Shown: positions 39,742 through 51,227 of the stretch, in pieces
How the letters are laid out: each line of letters begins with the position of its first letter
Numbering within the stretch: the stretch's first letter is position 1
NCBI GenBank assembly: GCA_965213925.1
Contig: OZ243927.1
Span: 3,360,001-3,424,000 of the forward strand
Direction of reading: 5' to 3'
DNA: 64,000 nt
DNA from: Trueperaceae bacterium
Lineage (GTDB): Bacteria; Deinococcota; Deinococci; Deinococcales; Trueperaceae
The notes under the pieces: model-generated
Told to the model about the DNA's origin: nothing
Seen by the model: the letters and a program-made list of their open reading frames with translations, nothing else
Database searches by the model: none
Program-made: the position numbers and the translations under genes

Positions 39742-40009
39742 ACTTACGCAACTCTTGGTTCGGAAGCCTGCGCTAGGCTTCGGCTCGAAGAAGCCAATCT
39801 CGATGACTCATCTATGCTTGTTGCGTTCACCTCTTGGGATAGGCGTAACTCGTCGGAAACACTTATGTCCGAAATCGCTTGTACTCGGGCGCTAGAACGC
39901 CTACGCTAAAGGTGTTCCAAAAAAGTCAATATGGCTTTCTAGTAACCTGGGCAATTTGCCCGGAAGTTCAGTGCAGATGCTCAACACATATTGAGCAGTT
40001 AGGAATTAC

Positions 40010-40234
40010 ATGATGACGACAGGCAAAGTAAAATGGTTTAACGGTGAAAAAGGCTTCGGCTTTATTGAACAGAGTGACGGCGGCAAAGACGTCTTCGTCC
40101 ACTTCTCCGCAATCCAGGGTGACGGCTACCGTGACCTCAACGAGGGTGATGAGGTCGAATTCAAGGTAGAGCAGGGGCAAAAAGGTTTGCAGGCGACCAA
40201 TGTGAGCGTCACCAGCAGCGCGAGCGTCCGCTAA
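40010..40234 (+). CDS. cspA: Cold-shock protein
   Basis: [23 protein letters not shown]. Confidence 0.95.
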   Translation: MMTTGKVKWFNGEKGFGFIEQSDGGKDVFVHFSAIQGDGYRDLNEGDEVEFKVEQGQKGLQATNVSVTSSASVR

Positions 40235-40331
40235 GCGGCGTTCGCCAACCTATTTGTTCACCTAGTTGCAGTCCGCTTCAAACTGGACACGACTGTCCGC
40301 CCAACGCGAGCGTGCGGAAGAAGGGCTTGCT

Positions 40332-41648
<1,317 letters not shown>

Positions 41649-41675
41649 CCTTTCACCAGTTCGAGGAGATTTGTC

Positions 41676-41822
41676 ATGTTCAGATGTACCTACCGCCTCA
41701 CCGACCAACGCACCGCCTTGACGACCGCTAAACTAGGGCGCTTATCGCATGCAGGTGAGTACGTCACCCTCCACCATCAATCTTACGCAGTTGACGCTTA
41801 TCGCAAGAAGGCGTCGCAGTGA
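41676..41822 (+). CDS. Possible 48-aa small protein
   Basis: GAGGAG RBS 7 nt before the ATG, directly after the sigma gene. Confidence 0.35.
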   Translation: MFRCTYRLTDQRTALTTAKLGRLSHAGEYVTLHHQSYAVDAYRKKASQ

Positions 41823-41883
41823 CGACCTCTGTGAGCGAATCTCTAGGCAAGAATGCCCTTAGAGTGGGCAAAAGCTAGCCACT

Positions 41884-42105
41884 ATGGAGCACAACCTGCT
41901 AGATCTTAGAAAGCGCGTCGTTGATCAGCTCAGACCTCCCTATCAACGTTTGTTACAGCGCGGTCAAGAATCCGACGAGGCGTACGCGGCGACCTATGAA
42001 AAAGCCGTCACCTCCCTCGCTAAAACGATGAAGGTGAGCCGAGAAAAGACGAAGTTTGAGTCTCGTACCTTGTTGCAAGAGATCATGAATGAGGTGACTC
42101 GGTAG
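41884..42105 (+). CDS. Hypothetical protein (73 aa)
   Basis: ORF with helical composition; no motif recognised. Confidence 0.45.
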   Translation: MEHNLLDLRKRVVDQLRPPYQRLLQRGQESDEAYAATYEKAVTSLAKTMKVSREKTKFESRTLLQEIMNEVTR

Positions 42106-42162
42106 GGCAGTAGGCGGGGAGGGAGCTTAATGAACCTCGTGACCTCTCAGTCGCATGGGCTT

Positions 42163-42196
42163 CTTCTGCAAGAGTTGCGCGCGTCTCTTGCAGAAG
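42163..42196. repeat. 34-bp dyad site S2
   Basis: CTTCTGC AAGA GTT GCGCGC GTC TCTT GCAGAAG. Confidence 0.85.
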
Positions 42197-42345
42197 CAGT
42201 CGTACAGCACTCGAGCCGCCGACAGGGCGTTCTGTCAGTTCCAGACCCTCTCTTAGATGTTTGTTTAGTCGTCTTGGTTGACGTAGCTTTTTAGTGGCAG
42301 ACCGAACAACGCTCTCCTTGCTACGACCACCTGATAGGCTAGTCT

Positions 42346-43314
42346 ATGACCTACCAAACCGTTGGACGTACCGGCGTCAAAGTCTCCAACCTCTGCTTCG
42401 GCACCATGTCATTCGGTGACAGCGCCGACGCCTCTGAGTCCGCCCGGATGTTCAAGCGTTGTTTAGGTACCGGCATCAACTTTTTCGACAGCGCCGACGT
42501 CTACACAGGGGGACACTCCGAGGAGATTTTAGGCGACCTCATTAAGGATATGCGCGACGACTTGGTGATTACCAGTAAGGTGTTCGGCAAAGTTGGTGAG
42601 GACGTCAACGCTAGAGGGCTCTCGCGCAGGCACATCACGAGAGCGGTTGAGGCGAGCTTGAAGCGTCTCCAAACAGACCGGCTCGACTTTTATTTCGTGC
42701 ATCAGTTCGACGCGGACACGCCCATTGAAGAAACCCTGAGTGTATTGGATGACCTTGTTCAGCGCGGCTTGATCCTCTACCCGGCGGTGAGTAACTGGGC
42801 GGCGTGGCAGATTATGAAAGCGCTAGGCATCAGCGCGAAAGACCAACTCGCCCGCTTCGAACTCATTCAGCCGATGTATAACCTCACCAAGCGCCAAGCT
42901 GAAGTGGAGATTTTGCCGCTAGCGCACTCAGAGAGGCTCGGCGTGATTCCGTATAGCCCTCTAGGTGGCGGTCTCTTGACGGGTAAGTACAGCACCCAAC
43001 ACAAGCCCGAGCGCGGTCGCTTGGTGGAAAACAAGATGTATACGAAGCGTTACGGTGACGTCAAGTATTATGAGGTCGCTGAACACTTCACATCTTATGC
43101 TCGCGACCACGAGTTACACCCCGTCACCTTAGCGGTCGCCTGGGTCGGGTCACACCCAGCCGTCACCGCGCCCATTATCGGCGCACGTGACGTGGAACAG
43201 TTAGAGCCTTCATTGGCAGCAGCCGACTTCGAGTTGACGCCGGAGATGCGTGAAGAGATCACAGCGTTGACCCCAGCTTTAGCGCCCGCGCACGACCGGA
43301 GCGAAGAGGCGTAG
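42346..43314 (+). CDS. Aldo/keto reductase
   Basis: LCFGTM, FFDSADVY, SLKRLQTDRLD, PYSPLGGG. Confidence 0.92.
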   Translation: MTYQTVGRTGVKVSNLCFGTMSFGDSADASESARMFKRCLGTGINFFDSADVYTGGHSEEILGDLIKDMRDDLVITSKVFGKVGEDVNARGLSRRHITRAVEASLKRLQTDRLDFYFVHQFDADTPIEETLSVLDDLVQRGLILYPAVSNWAAWQIMKALGISAKDQLARFELIQPMYNLTKRQAEVEILPLAHSERLGVIPYSPLGGGLLTGKYSTQHKPERGRLVENKMYTKRYGDVKYYEVAEHFTSYARDHELHPVTLAVAWVGSHPAVTAPIIGARDVEQLEPSLAAADFELTPEMREEITALTPALAPAHDRSEEA

Positions 43315-43342
43315 GGTTAGGAAAGCAGGCAAGGAGACAAAC

Positions 43343-44179
43343 ATGCACATCGTCGTCACGGGCTCGAGTGGCAAAGCAGGTCGCGCCGCCGCCCAAGAAC
43401 TGCTCACTCACGGGTATACAGTCACTGGAGTAGACCGCCTAGCTGCACCGGATGACCTGAACGCGCCCAGCTTGCAAGCGGACCTGACTGACTTAGGGCA
43501 GGTGCTCGAGGTGCTAAGGGGTGCGGACGCCGTCGTGCATATGGCGAACATCCCCGCGCCCGACCTCTATACGCCGGGGCGCACCTTTTCTGAAAACATC
43601 ACCATGAACTACAACGTCTTCTCGGCTGCCGTTAGTCACGGACTCCAGCGGGTGGTGTGGGCGTCTAGCGAGACCACGCTAGGTCTACCTTTCGGTACGC
43701 CGCCGCGCTACGCTCCGGTGGACGAGGCGCACTACCCGCTGCCTGAGTCGTCCTATGCGCTCTCGAAGGTTGCAAGCGAGACCATCGCTGAGCAGTTCAA
43801 CCGCTGGAGCGGCATCCCCTTCGTCGGCTTGCGTTTCTCGAACATCTTGAACCCAGAGGTCTACCAGCAGTTCCCCGAGTACTGGGCTGACGCACACTTG
43901 CGCAAATGGAATTTATGGGGCTATGTGGACGAGCGGGATGTGGGGCAGGCGTGCCGGGTAGCGCTCACAGCGAATATCGCCGGTTCGGAGAACTTCATTA
44001 TCGCTGCCGCCGACACGGTGATGAACCGACCCTCGCGCGAGCTGACGAGTGAGGTTTTCTCTGACGTAACAGTAGAGGACGACCTCTCGGAGTTCGGCAC
44101 CCTACTCGCCATCGACAGGGCAAAGAGGCTACTCGGCTACGAGCCTAAGCACTCCTGGCGTGATCACTTGGAGGGGTAG
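43343..44179 (+). CDS. NAD-dependent epimerase/dehydratase
   Basis: TGSSGKAG, ASS, YALSK. Confidence 0.88.
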   Translation: MHIVVTGSSGKAGRAAAQELLTHGYTVTGVDRLAAPDDLNAPSLQADLTDLGQVLEVLRGADAVVHMANIPAPDLYTPGRTFSENITMNYNVFSAAVSHGLQRVVWASSETTLGLPFGTPPRYAPVDEAHYPLPESSYALSKVASETIAEQFNRWSGIPFVGLRFSNILNPEVYQQFPEYWADAHLRKWNLWGYVDERDVGQACRVALTANIAGSENFIIAAADTVMNRPSRELTSEVFSDVTVEDDLSEFGTLLAIDRAKRLLGYEPKHSWRDHLEG

Positions 44180-44275
44180 AAGCTACAGTGATGCGTACCG
44201 TAGTTAAAGATGACAAACCGAAGTAAAAGAGTACCTGAGAGGGACGCTTATGCTCAAGAAAAGGGTGACACAACG

Positions 44276-45277
44276 ATGAGAGTTCTGTTTATCGGCGGCA
44301 GCGGCGTCATCAGCTCTGCCTGCTCGGCACTGGCAGCCCAGCGCGGCATAGAACTCTATATCCTCAACCGCGGTCAGAGCACAAGACCCATACCGGAGGG
44401 CACGCACGTCCTGCGGGGTGACATACGTGACCCGACGTCAGCTCGCGAAGTTTTGGGCGACCTAACCTTCGACACGGTCGTGAACTGGGTCGCCTTCACA
44501 CCCGACCATATCGAGACCGACCTGGCGCTGTTTCGAGACAGGACGCAGCAGTACGTCTTTATCAGCTCGGCGTCTGCCTATCAGACGCCACCGGTCAGCC
44601 TGCCCGTCGCCGAATCCACCCCGCTTGTCAACCCCTACTGGCAGTACTCGCGTGACAAGATTGCTTGTGAGGAGCGGCTCGTGCGGGCGTACCGCGACGA
44701 GGGATTCCCAATCACCATCGTCAGACCCTCGCACACCTACGACCGGACGCTCCTGCCGATGGACGGCGGCTACACGGTGGTCAACCGGATGCGCCAGGGC
44801 AAGAAGGTGATCGTCCACGGCGACGGCACCTCGCTCTGGGTCTTGACGCACCACCGCGACTTTGCTCGGGGCTTCGTCGGACTACTCGGCAACCCCCACG
44901 CCACCGGCGAGACGTTCCACATCACCTCGGATGAACTATTGACCTGGAACCAAATTTTCGAAATGGTGGCGCGCGCCGCGGGTGCCACTGCCAACATCGT
45001 CCACATTCCTTCAGAACACATTGCCGCTTTCGACCCAGGCTGGGGTGCGGGTCTCTTAGGTGACAAGGCGCACAGCATGATCTTCGACAACACGAAGATC
45101 AAAAGGGTCGTCCCTGACTACACCGCCACTATCTCGTTCGCCCGCGGGGCCGAGGAGGTGATGGCTTGGTACGACGCTGACCCGGCTCGCCGAACCATTG
45201 ATGAGGAGCGCGACCGGCTGATGGACGGGATTGTCGCCGCTCAAGAAGCAGTGTTACCTCCCCGAACGCCGACCTGA
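44276..45277 (+). CDS. NAD-dependent epimerase/dehydratase (extended SDR)
   Basis: MRVLFIGGSGVIS, YVFISSASAY, YSRDK. Confidence 0.88.
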   Translation: MRVLFIGGSGVISSACSALAAQRGIELYILNRGQSTRPIPEGTHVLRGDIRDPTSAREVLGDLTFDTVVNWVAFTPDHIETDLALFRDRTQQYVFISSASAYQTPPVSLPVAESTPLVNPYWQYSRDKIACEERLVRAYRDEGFPITIVRPSHTYDRTLLPMDGGYTVVNRMRQGKKVIVHGDGTSLWVLTHHRDFARGFVGLLGNPHATGETFHITSDELLTWNQIFEMVARAAGATANIVHIPSEHIAAFDPGWGAGLLGDKAHSMIFDNTKIKRVVPDYTATISFARGAEEVMAWYDADPARRTIDEERDRLMDGIVAAQEAVLPPRTPT

Positions 45278-45344
45278 TCGGCACCCTTTTTGACCTTAAC
45301 CTCTCCAGTGACCCTGATGTCCTACCTCAGAGGGTTGCTGAGCC

Positions 45345-45378
45345 CTTCTGCTACAAACGCGCGCAACTCTCGCAGAAG
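45345..45378. repeat. 34-bp dyad site S3
   Basis: CTTCTGC TACA AAC GCGCGC AAC TCTC GCAGAAG. Confidence 0.85.
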
Positions 45379-45404
45379 CTCTTCCTACGACCTCGCCATG
45401 AGCA

Positions 45405-46502
45405 CTAAGCAGAGGACGCTCGCGTTCCCCGCTGCATGATCTCTCGCCGGACCACGGGCGCGACCTCGGTGCCCAGAAGCTCGATCGCCCGCATCACCTT
45501 AGCGTGGGGCATCGTGCCCACGCTGAGCTGCAGAAGATAGCGCTGATGCCTGAAGACATCGTGCTGAAACAGGATCTTCTCGGCAACCTCAGCGGGGTTC
45601 CCCACCGCGAGGTGTCCCCTCAAGGCGCGGGACGCCTCGTACTGCGCTCTGGTCAGCGGAGACCAGCCACGCTCCCGCCCGATCTTGTTCATCACGGCGG
45701 CGACTGAAGGGAACGATTCGTCTACAGCTTTCTGGCCGTCGTCCGCAAGATAGCCGTGCGAGTTGATGCTGAGCGGGAGGTGCGCCGGGTCGTGCCCGGC
45801 ACGCCGCGCCGCCTCCCGGTACAGGCGGACAAGGGGCGCGAACCGCTCGGGCTCCCCGCCGATGATGGCCAGCGCCATAGGCAGTCCTAAAGTGCCCGCG
45901 CGCACGACCGATTCAGGGGTGCCGCCAACCGCGACCCAAATAGGCAGCTTCTCCTGCTGCGGTCGGGGATAGATGCCTGAATCCTCGAGGGGCGGTCGGT
46001 ACTTCCCCGACCAGGAGACCCGCTCGGACTCGCGCAGTTTGAGCAGCAGCTCGAGCTTCTCACTGAACAGTACGTTGTAGTCGCGCAGGTCGTAGCCGAA
46101 GAGCGGGAAAGATTCTATAAAAGAGCCGCGACCCGCGATGATCTCGGCACGCCCTTCTGAAAGCAGGTCGAGTGTGGCGAAGTCCTGAAAGACGCGCACC
46201 GGGTCGTCGGAGGAGAGCACAGATACCGCGCTGGTCAGGCGTATTCGTTTCGTGCGAGACGTTGCGGCGGCGAGGACGACGGCGGGTGCAGAGGAGACGA
46301 AGTCGGGACGGTGGTGCTCACCGAGACCGAAAACGTCTAAGCCGACCTGGTCAGCCAACTCGATCTCTTCTACCAAATCGCGCAGGCGCTCGGTCGGGCT
46401 GATGGTACTCCCGGTGGTAGGGTCGGGCGTCAGCTCGGCGAACGAGTAGACACCTAGTTCGAAGGGGCGCTCAGTAAGGGGAGGAGAAGGCAAGGTGCTC
46501 AT
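45405..46502 (-). CDS. LLM-class (luciferase-like) flavin-dependent oxidoreductase
   Basis: [48 protein letters not shown]. Confidence 0.92.
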   Translation of the reverse strand: MSTLPSPPLTERPFELGVYSFAELTPDPTTGSTISPTERLRDLVEEIELADQVGLDVFGLGEHHRPDFVSSAPAVVLAAATSRTKRIRLTSAVSVLSSDDPVRVFQDFATLDLLSEGRAEIIAGRGSFIESFPLFGYDLRDYNVLFSEKLELLLKLRESERVSWSGKYRPPLEDSGIYPRPQQEKLPIWVAVGGTPESVVRAGTLGLPMALAIIGGEPERFAPLVRLYREAARRAGHDPAHLPLSINSHGYLADDGQKAVDESFPSVAAVMNKIGRERGWSPLTRAQYEASRALRGHLAVGNPAEVAEKILFQHDVFRHQRYLLQLSVGTMPHAKVMRAIELLGTEVAPVVRREIMQRGTRASSA

Positions 46503-46595
46503 ACCTCCTTGTACTCTATTTGCTCATCAGGGTCAGCTTTGCTAGGTACATGGCGACCTCTCATCATGCCTATAGGTGCGTTGGTGACGGGGGTC

Positions 46596-46629
46596 CTTCT
46601 GCGAGAGACGCGCGCGTCTCTCGCACAAT
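46596..46629. repeat. 34-bp dyad site S4
   Basis: CTTCTGC GAGA GAC GCGCGC GTC TCTC GCACAAT. Confidence 0.85.
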
Positions 46630-46715
46630 AGTTTGAGTCATAAGCTGAGTCTAATACTAAAGACGTTAGGCGCAGGGCGACCACATAAAGTACTTACCGC
46701 TAAGCTAGAGCCAAG

Positions 46716-48263
46716 ATGGCTAAAGACCAAGGCGAGCCTAGCGCGCTTCGTAACAGAACTAGACAGGAAGTTCGCCTGTCAGAACTTGTCATCGCCCTCT
46801 CCTTGGCCGCCGACCTGGGGATGGGTCAGCCTTTGGGATGGGGGCTTCGGGGCTGTCTATTGGCGATGCACGCTGCCGAGGGGCTCGAGCTAACGCAGCA
46901 CGAACGCAAGGACCTCTATTACCTGTCGCTCCTTCACTACCTGGGCTGTACCACCGACGCCCACCTGTCAGCTCGTCTGTTCGGGCAGGACCGCCGCGCG
47001 ATGCAACACTTTGCCCTCACCCACATGGGTGCCTACCCTATCTTGGAGCAAGCGCGGCCTTCGGAGGTTTCTCGCCCTGTACTGCCCGAGACGCTGCGCG
47101 ACTCCGCTCGGGCCCGCTGCGAGGTCGCCATGCACCTAGCCCGCTGGTGCGACTTCGGCCAGGGGGTCCAAACGGGTTTGTGGCAACTCTTCGAAAGGTG
47201 GGACGGCAGCGGCCTCCCCAACGGGCTTGCGGGTGAGCAGCTTAGCTTACCTGTGCGTATCGTACAGATCGCCCAGGATGCCGAGACCTTTTTTCGCCTC
47301 GAGGGGCTAGCCGGGGTGAAGCGGCTGCTCGCCGAGCGCTCAGGTAAGGGGTATGACCCGCGGTTAGCGGCGCACTTTTTAGACCAAGCGGAGGCGCTTT
47401 TTGCGAGCTTGGAGGTCACCTCGTTACCTCAAGCGGTGCAAGAGGCAGAGCCGGAGGCTATTAGGCGCTTACCTTCCGAGCAGTGCCAAAAGACCTTAGA
47501 GGCGATGGCGGACTTTGCCGATATGAAATCGCCTTTTACCGCCGGGCACGCGCGCGGGGTCGCTGACCTAGCAGCTCGAGCCGCGACCGAAGCGGCTTTG
47601 GATGACACCCAGGTGACGACGATAAAATGGGCGGGCCTCGTTCACGACCTAGGGCGCGTGCGTATCGACGCCGCCATTTTGGATAAGCCGGCGCGTCTCA
47701 GCGATAGCGACTGGGAAGAGGTCCGGTTGCACCCTTACTACACGGAGCGGGTGCTGGCGCGCTGTGAGCCTCTAAGCGACGTTACTCAGCTCGCCGCCCT
47801 CCACCATGAGCGCCTAGACGGCTCGGGCTACCACCGGGGGGTGCCAGCCACGCTCCAGCCGTTCGGGGCGCGGCTGCTTGCGGCGGCGGACGCTTACCAC
47901 GCCATGAACGAAGCCAGGGCCCACCGTGAGGCGCTGCGCCGGGGCGAAGCCGCCGCCGCGCTCAAAGCCGAGGTCAAAGCGGGTAAGCTCGACCCCGAGG
48001 CGGTGGCGTGCGTACTCAAAGCCGCCGGTCATAGGGTGCGCCAGCGCAACCGCGACCTTCCCGGAGGGCTGAGCCCACGTCAAGTGGAGGTGCTGCGCCT
48101 CATCGCCAGAGGTCACACCGATAAAGAAGTGGCTGAACGCTTAAGCATCTCACCGAAAACCGTCGGGCACCACGTGCAGCATATCTACGGCAAGCTCGAG
48201 GTGTCTACCCGGGCCGCCGCGACGCTTTTCGCCGCACAACATCACTTGATCCGCGACCTATAG
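46716..48263 (+). CDS. Tandem HD-GYP-like domains with a C-terminal LuxR HTH
   Basis: ERWDGSGLP (degenerate) and HDLG...HHERLDGSGYH; LSPRQVEVLRLIARG.TDKEVA..L.ISPKTV. Confidence 0.88.
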   Translation: MAKDQGEPSALRNRTRQEVRLSELVIALSLAADLGMGQPLGWGLRGCLLAMHAAEGLELTQHERKDLYYLSLLHYLGCTTDAHLSARLFGQDRRAMQHFALTHMGAYPILEQARPSEVSRPVLPETLRDSARARCEVAMHLARWCDFGQGVQTGLWQLFERWDGSGLPNGLAGEQLSLPVRIVQIAQDAETFFRLEGLAGVKRLLAERSGKGYDPRLAAHFLDQAEALFASLEVTSLPQAVQEAEPEAIRRLPSEQCQKTLEAMADFADMKSPFTAGHARGVADLAARAATEAALDDTQVTTIKWAGLVHDLGRVRIDAAILDKPARLSDSDWEEVRLHPYYTERVLARCEPLSDVTQLAALHHERLDGSGYHRGVPATLQPFGARLLAAADAYHAMNEARAHREALRRGEAAAALKAEVKAGKLDPEAVACVLKAAGHRVRQRNRDLPGGLSPRQVEVLRLIARGHTDKEVAERLSISPKTVGHHVQHIYGKLEVSTRAAATLFAAQHHLIRDL

Positions 48264-48305
48264 GGTAAATACCCGATGTTCATAGGATTGCTCTTGTCCT
48301 ACGCT
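48260..48305 (+). promoter_or_regulatory. NarL/LuxR-type inverted repeat and -10 upstream of the secreted-protein gene
   Basis: ATAGGGTA-AA-TACCCGAT (48260-77) and TACGCT at 48300-05. Confidence 0.5.
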
Positions 48306-48346
48306 GTTCTTAACGCTGATAAGCAGCGTTGGAAAGGAGCTAATCT

Positions 48347-48922
48347 ATGCGAAACTATCGCCACATCATAGCGGCGTTCGGCCTGGCGCTTGGGCTGGTC
48401 ACCTTTGGGCTTACACCAGCGCAGGAGGGCGCCGAACAGCCGTCGGTCAACTACGCTCACGAACACTTTCAACCTGCGTACGCCGAGGGCGGCTTGGTCC
48501 AGTTCGAGCAGCAGGGCCCTGCTCCTGAGACGGTAGCCGAGGAGAACATCCGCTTTCTTTACGAGGTCGAGTACCCGGCAGGTTGGGAAGAGGTGCTCGC
48601 CCGACCTATCTGCAACTACTGTGACCACTTCGGTGACGGTGAAAACGCTTGGGACTACCACGACCACGTGCTGGCTAGTTTGCCAAGCACAGCCCAAAAC
48701 CAGGCGGGTGTGGTGCACTGGCACGTGCTTCACGTCCGCCCCACCTCTACCGGTGATGCGAGTCAGGACGCAGAGATTGCCGCAGCTTACGCAGACAGGT
48801 TGCCCGTGACCTCAAGTCAAACTGTACGTGAGCTGCTTGACAGCACTCTGGCTGACGGTACACCTCTTGCTGAAGTCGTGGACACCGAGTACGTGTTCAC
48901 CGCGCCTCTAAGTCGCCGGTAA
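48347..48922 (+). CDS. Secreted hypothetical protein, His/Cys-rich
   Basis: AAGGAG RBS, signal peptide; CNYCDH, YHDHV, HWHVLHV. Confidence 0.75.
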   Translation: MRNYRHIIAAFGLALGLVTFGLTPAQEGAEQPSVNYAHEHFQPAYAEGGLVQFEQQGPAPETVAEENIRFLYEVEYPAGWEEVLARPICNYCDHFGDGENAWDYHDHVLASLPSTAQNQAGVVHWHVLHVRPTSTGDASQDAEIAAAYADRLPVTSSQTVRELLDSTLADGTPLAEVVDTEYVFTAPLSRR

Positions 48923-48942
48923 ACAGTGATTAGTTCTGAGTC

Positions 48943-48971
48943 AACCCGAGGTACAGAGATTATCTCGGGTT
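48943..48971. terminator. Hairpin between convergent genes
   Basis: AACCCGAGGTA...TATCTCGGGTT followed by AAATTTT. Confidence 0.5.
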
Positions 48972-48979
48972 AAATTTTG

Positions 48980-49013
48980 CTTGTGCGACGAACGCGCGCG
49001 TCTCTTGCAGAAG
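48980..49013. repeat. 34-bp dyad site S5
   Basis: CTTGTGC GACG AAC GCGCGC GTC TCTT GCAGAAG. Confidence 0.85.
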
Positions 49014-49056
49014 CCCGCATCAGGTTTTAGCTTAGCTCACTGATTTGACCTATAGT

Positions 49057-49962
49057 TTAGTTGTCTTGTAAGCCCTTTAGCGGCATTACGGGCACCTGCA
49101 ATTCGATGACCACCGGCGCGTCCTTGCCCGTTTCTACTACCGGTCCGGAGAGGTGCACCTCGCGCGCCGCGCCCACGCTGCCGTAGCCGTTCGCCCCGGT
49201 CCATAATAGGAGCGCCCGAGCTGCCCTGTCTATCTCGTGATAGTAGCCGCTAAAGACTAGGCTCGCCGCCGCCTTCGCGCCCTGCAGCCTGCGCACCGTA
49301 AAGGTTTCATCGTCGGGCAGCTCGAGCCGCTCCAGGTCGCCGCTGCTCAGGACCACCGCCACCTCCACGTCAACGTTTTTGGTCACGTACTCGCGCGTGT
49401 GGTAGAGGGTGAACTCGGCTTGGATAGGTGCGAGCTTCTGGGCGTTCAGCACAGCGTAGAGCTCTTTGTAAAAGAGGGTGCAATACTCTCCCATCTCCGC
49501 TAGGTCCGGCACAGCGTAGCGTTTGGAGAAGACCGTCATGGTCGGCAGCTTTTTAAGCGTCACGTCGAAGCCGAGCGGCGCGTCCTCGAGCTCTACCTGC
49601 TCGAGCCTCGCTTTCAACCGCGCCAGCCGCGCTTGCTCCCCCTGGAGCTTCAGGGTGATCTCAGCCTGTTTGCGCTCTAGCATCACCTTAAGGTCGTCCG
49701 CCGACAGGTCCTGTTCCAGTAAGGTGCCGATTTCGTTGAGTGAAAAGCCCAGGTCCTTGAGGGCCACGATGCGGTTGAGGCGCGGCAGCTGCCAGGCGGT
49801 GTAGTAGCGGTAGTCGGTCTGCGCGTCCACCTCGGCGGGCTTGAGGAGCCCGAGTTCGTCGTAGTGTCGCAGGGTGCGAACGGACACCTGACCGAGCTGA
49901 GAGAAGTCGCCGATGCGGAACACTGACCCCTGTTCTAGCATAGCTCTCTCGAAGATGTCCAT
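49057..49962 (-). CDS. MerR-family regulator with a GyrI-like ligand domain (BmrR type); start uncertain
   Basis: FRIGDFSQLGQVSVRTLRHYDELGLL...YRYY...LKDLGFSL; C-terminal GyrI-like domain. Confidence 0.9.
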   Translation of the reverse strand: MDIFERAMLEQGSVFRIGDFSQLGQVSVRTLRHYDELGLLKPAEVDAQTDYRYYTAWQLPRLNRIVALKDLGFSLNEIGTLLEQDLSADDLKVMLERKQAEITLKLQGEQARLARLKARLEQVELEDAPLGFDVTLKKLPTMTVFSKRYAVPDLAEMGEYCTLFYKELYAVLNAQKLAPIQAEFTLYHTREYVTKNVDVEVAVVLSSGDLERLELPDDETFTVRRLQGAKAAASLVFSGYYHEIDRAARALLLWTGANGYGSVGAAREVHLSGPVVETGKDAPVVIELQVPVMPLKGLQDN

Positions 49963-50023
49963 CCGCTCTCCCGCTTCCACCGTTCGTGCTCGAATAGTCA
50001 TAGCGACCTCGCTTTCTACACTC

Positions 50024-50054
50024 ATCTTGAGGTCTCACGTAGCGAGAGGGTCAA
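50024..50054 (-). promoter_or_regulatory. MerR-type 19-bp-spacer promoter for the regulator gene
   Basis: Minus strand TTGACC-ctctcgctacgtgagacct-CAAGAT with a dyad in the spacer. Confidence 0.65.
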
Positions 50055-50301
50055 TAGAGGGTGCTACGTTACGACACCTGCTCAGCTTCACCTCAAACGC
50101 AACAAAGCCCTGCTGAGCGCGGCTTCTTCTCTATAAACGTTTTATATGACACACCTGAGCACTATCAAGCTTGCCCTTCACCTAGTCGATTCGCTCACCG
50201 ATGCTTGCCGCACCAAAGCCTGGCAATCTCGCTGGAGACGGACTTCTCGCGCGCCGGTCCTCCGCTGACGTCAGCTCTATGCTGCACAAGAAGCCGAGTG
50301 C

Positions 50302-50332
50302 TTGACTCTCTCGCTGCGGGAGGCTCTACCGT
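50302..50332 (+). promoter_or_regulatory. MerR-type 19-bp-spacer promoter for the divergent operon
   Basis: TTGACT-ctctcgctgcgggaggctc-TACCGT; the dyad matches the one at 50033-47. Confidence 0.72.
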
Positions 50333-50487
50333 TCTCTTAGCCCTGCAGAAGGGCGGAAGGTCGCGAAGGTTGGAGGCGTTCGGCGGTCACGGACCACAGA
50401 AAGGAGAGTCGCGGTTCTGACGGTAGCGAGGTTGCCCATACCCTCGGCGAAACAGCCAATGAGCGAAATCTAAAAAGGAGAACGACG

Positions 50488-51225
50488 ATGGTAACAACTG
50501 TGAACACGCAAGACCAAAAGCGGGGCAGTCTAGCCTCCCTGACTGTAGCGCTGCTGGTGCTCGAGCCCGTGCTGATGTACCTGGCTTTCTTCGTCCTGAA
50601 CGGCGCGATCGACTGGCCTGCGTCGCTGGGCGAGCCCGCCAGCGTCATCCTGCCGCTGATCACCGAGCAGCGCGGCGCGGTGACGCTGGGCTACGGCGCG
50701 TACCTGCTCTACTCGCTTCTCATCCTGCCGCTCTCGCTGATGCTCTACTTCGCCCTCAAGGAGCGCGGGGTCGCCTCGCCGCTCCTGGCAGTCGCGGCGG
50801 GCTTCGGGGTGGCCTCCGCCGTCACCCGAGTGCTGGGCATCGTGCGCTGGCTTTTCCTGATGCCCTTCCTGGCCGACCTCTACCTCGACCCAAACGCTAG
50901 TCAAGCGACCCGCGAAGCCGTCAACGTAACGTACATCGCCTTTAATGAGTATGTGGGCGGGGTCGGTGAGCTGCTCGGCGTGAGCCTCACCGGTGCACTT
51001 TGGGTTGGTCTGGTCGGCGTGGCGCTGCTGCGCTCAGGCGGGTTCCCACGGTGGCTCGGCGCGCTCGGGTTGCTGACCGCTACCCTCCTGTTGCCGGGAC
51101 TGCTCTCGGTTGTCGGCGTCGACGTTGGGGCGCTGTTCGCGGTGATCGGCGGCAACGCCCTGCTGCTCTGGATGCTCGCCCTGGCGGTGGTACTAGTGCG
51201 CACAAGCCGGGCGAAGGGGGTGTGA
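50488..51225 (+). CDS. DUF4386-like multi-pass membrane protein
   Basis: About 6-7 TM helices; DWPASL.EP, LGIVRW.F..P.LA, GVGE.LG. Confidence 0.7.
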   Translation: MVTTVNTQDQKRGSLASLTVALLVLEPVLMYLAFFVLNGAIDWPASLGEPASVILPLITEQRGAVTLGYGAYLLYSLLILPLSLMLYFALKERGVASPLLAVAAGFGVASAVTRVLGIVRWLFLMPFLADLYLDPNASQATREAVNVTYIAFNEYVGGVGELLGVSLTGALWVGLVGVALLRSGGFPRWLGALGLLTATLLLPGLLSVVGVDVGALFAVIGGNALLLWMLALAVVLVRTSRAKGV

Positions 51226-51227
51226 GG

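Noticed and set aside
48607..48630. c-type cytochrome call for the secreted protein
   Set aside because: The motif is CNYCDH (CxxCxH), not CxxCH.
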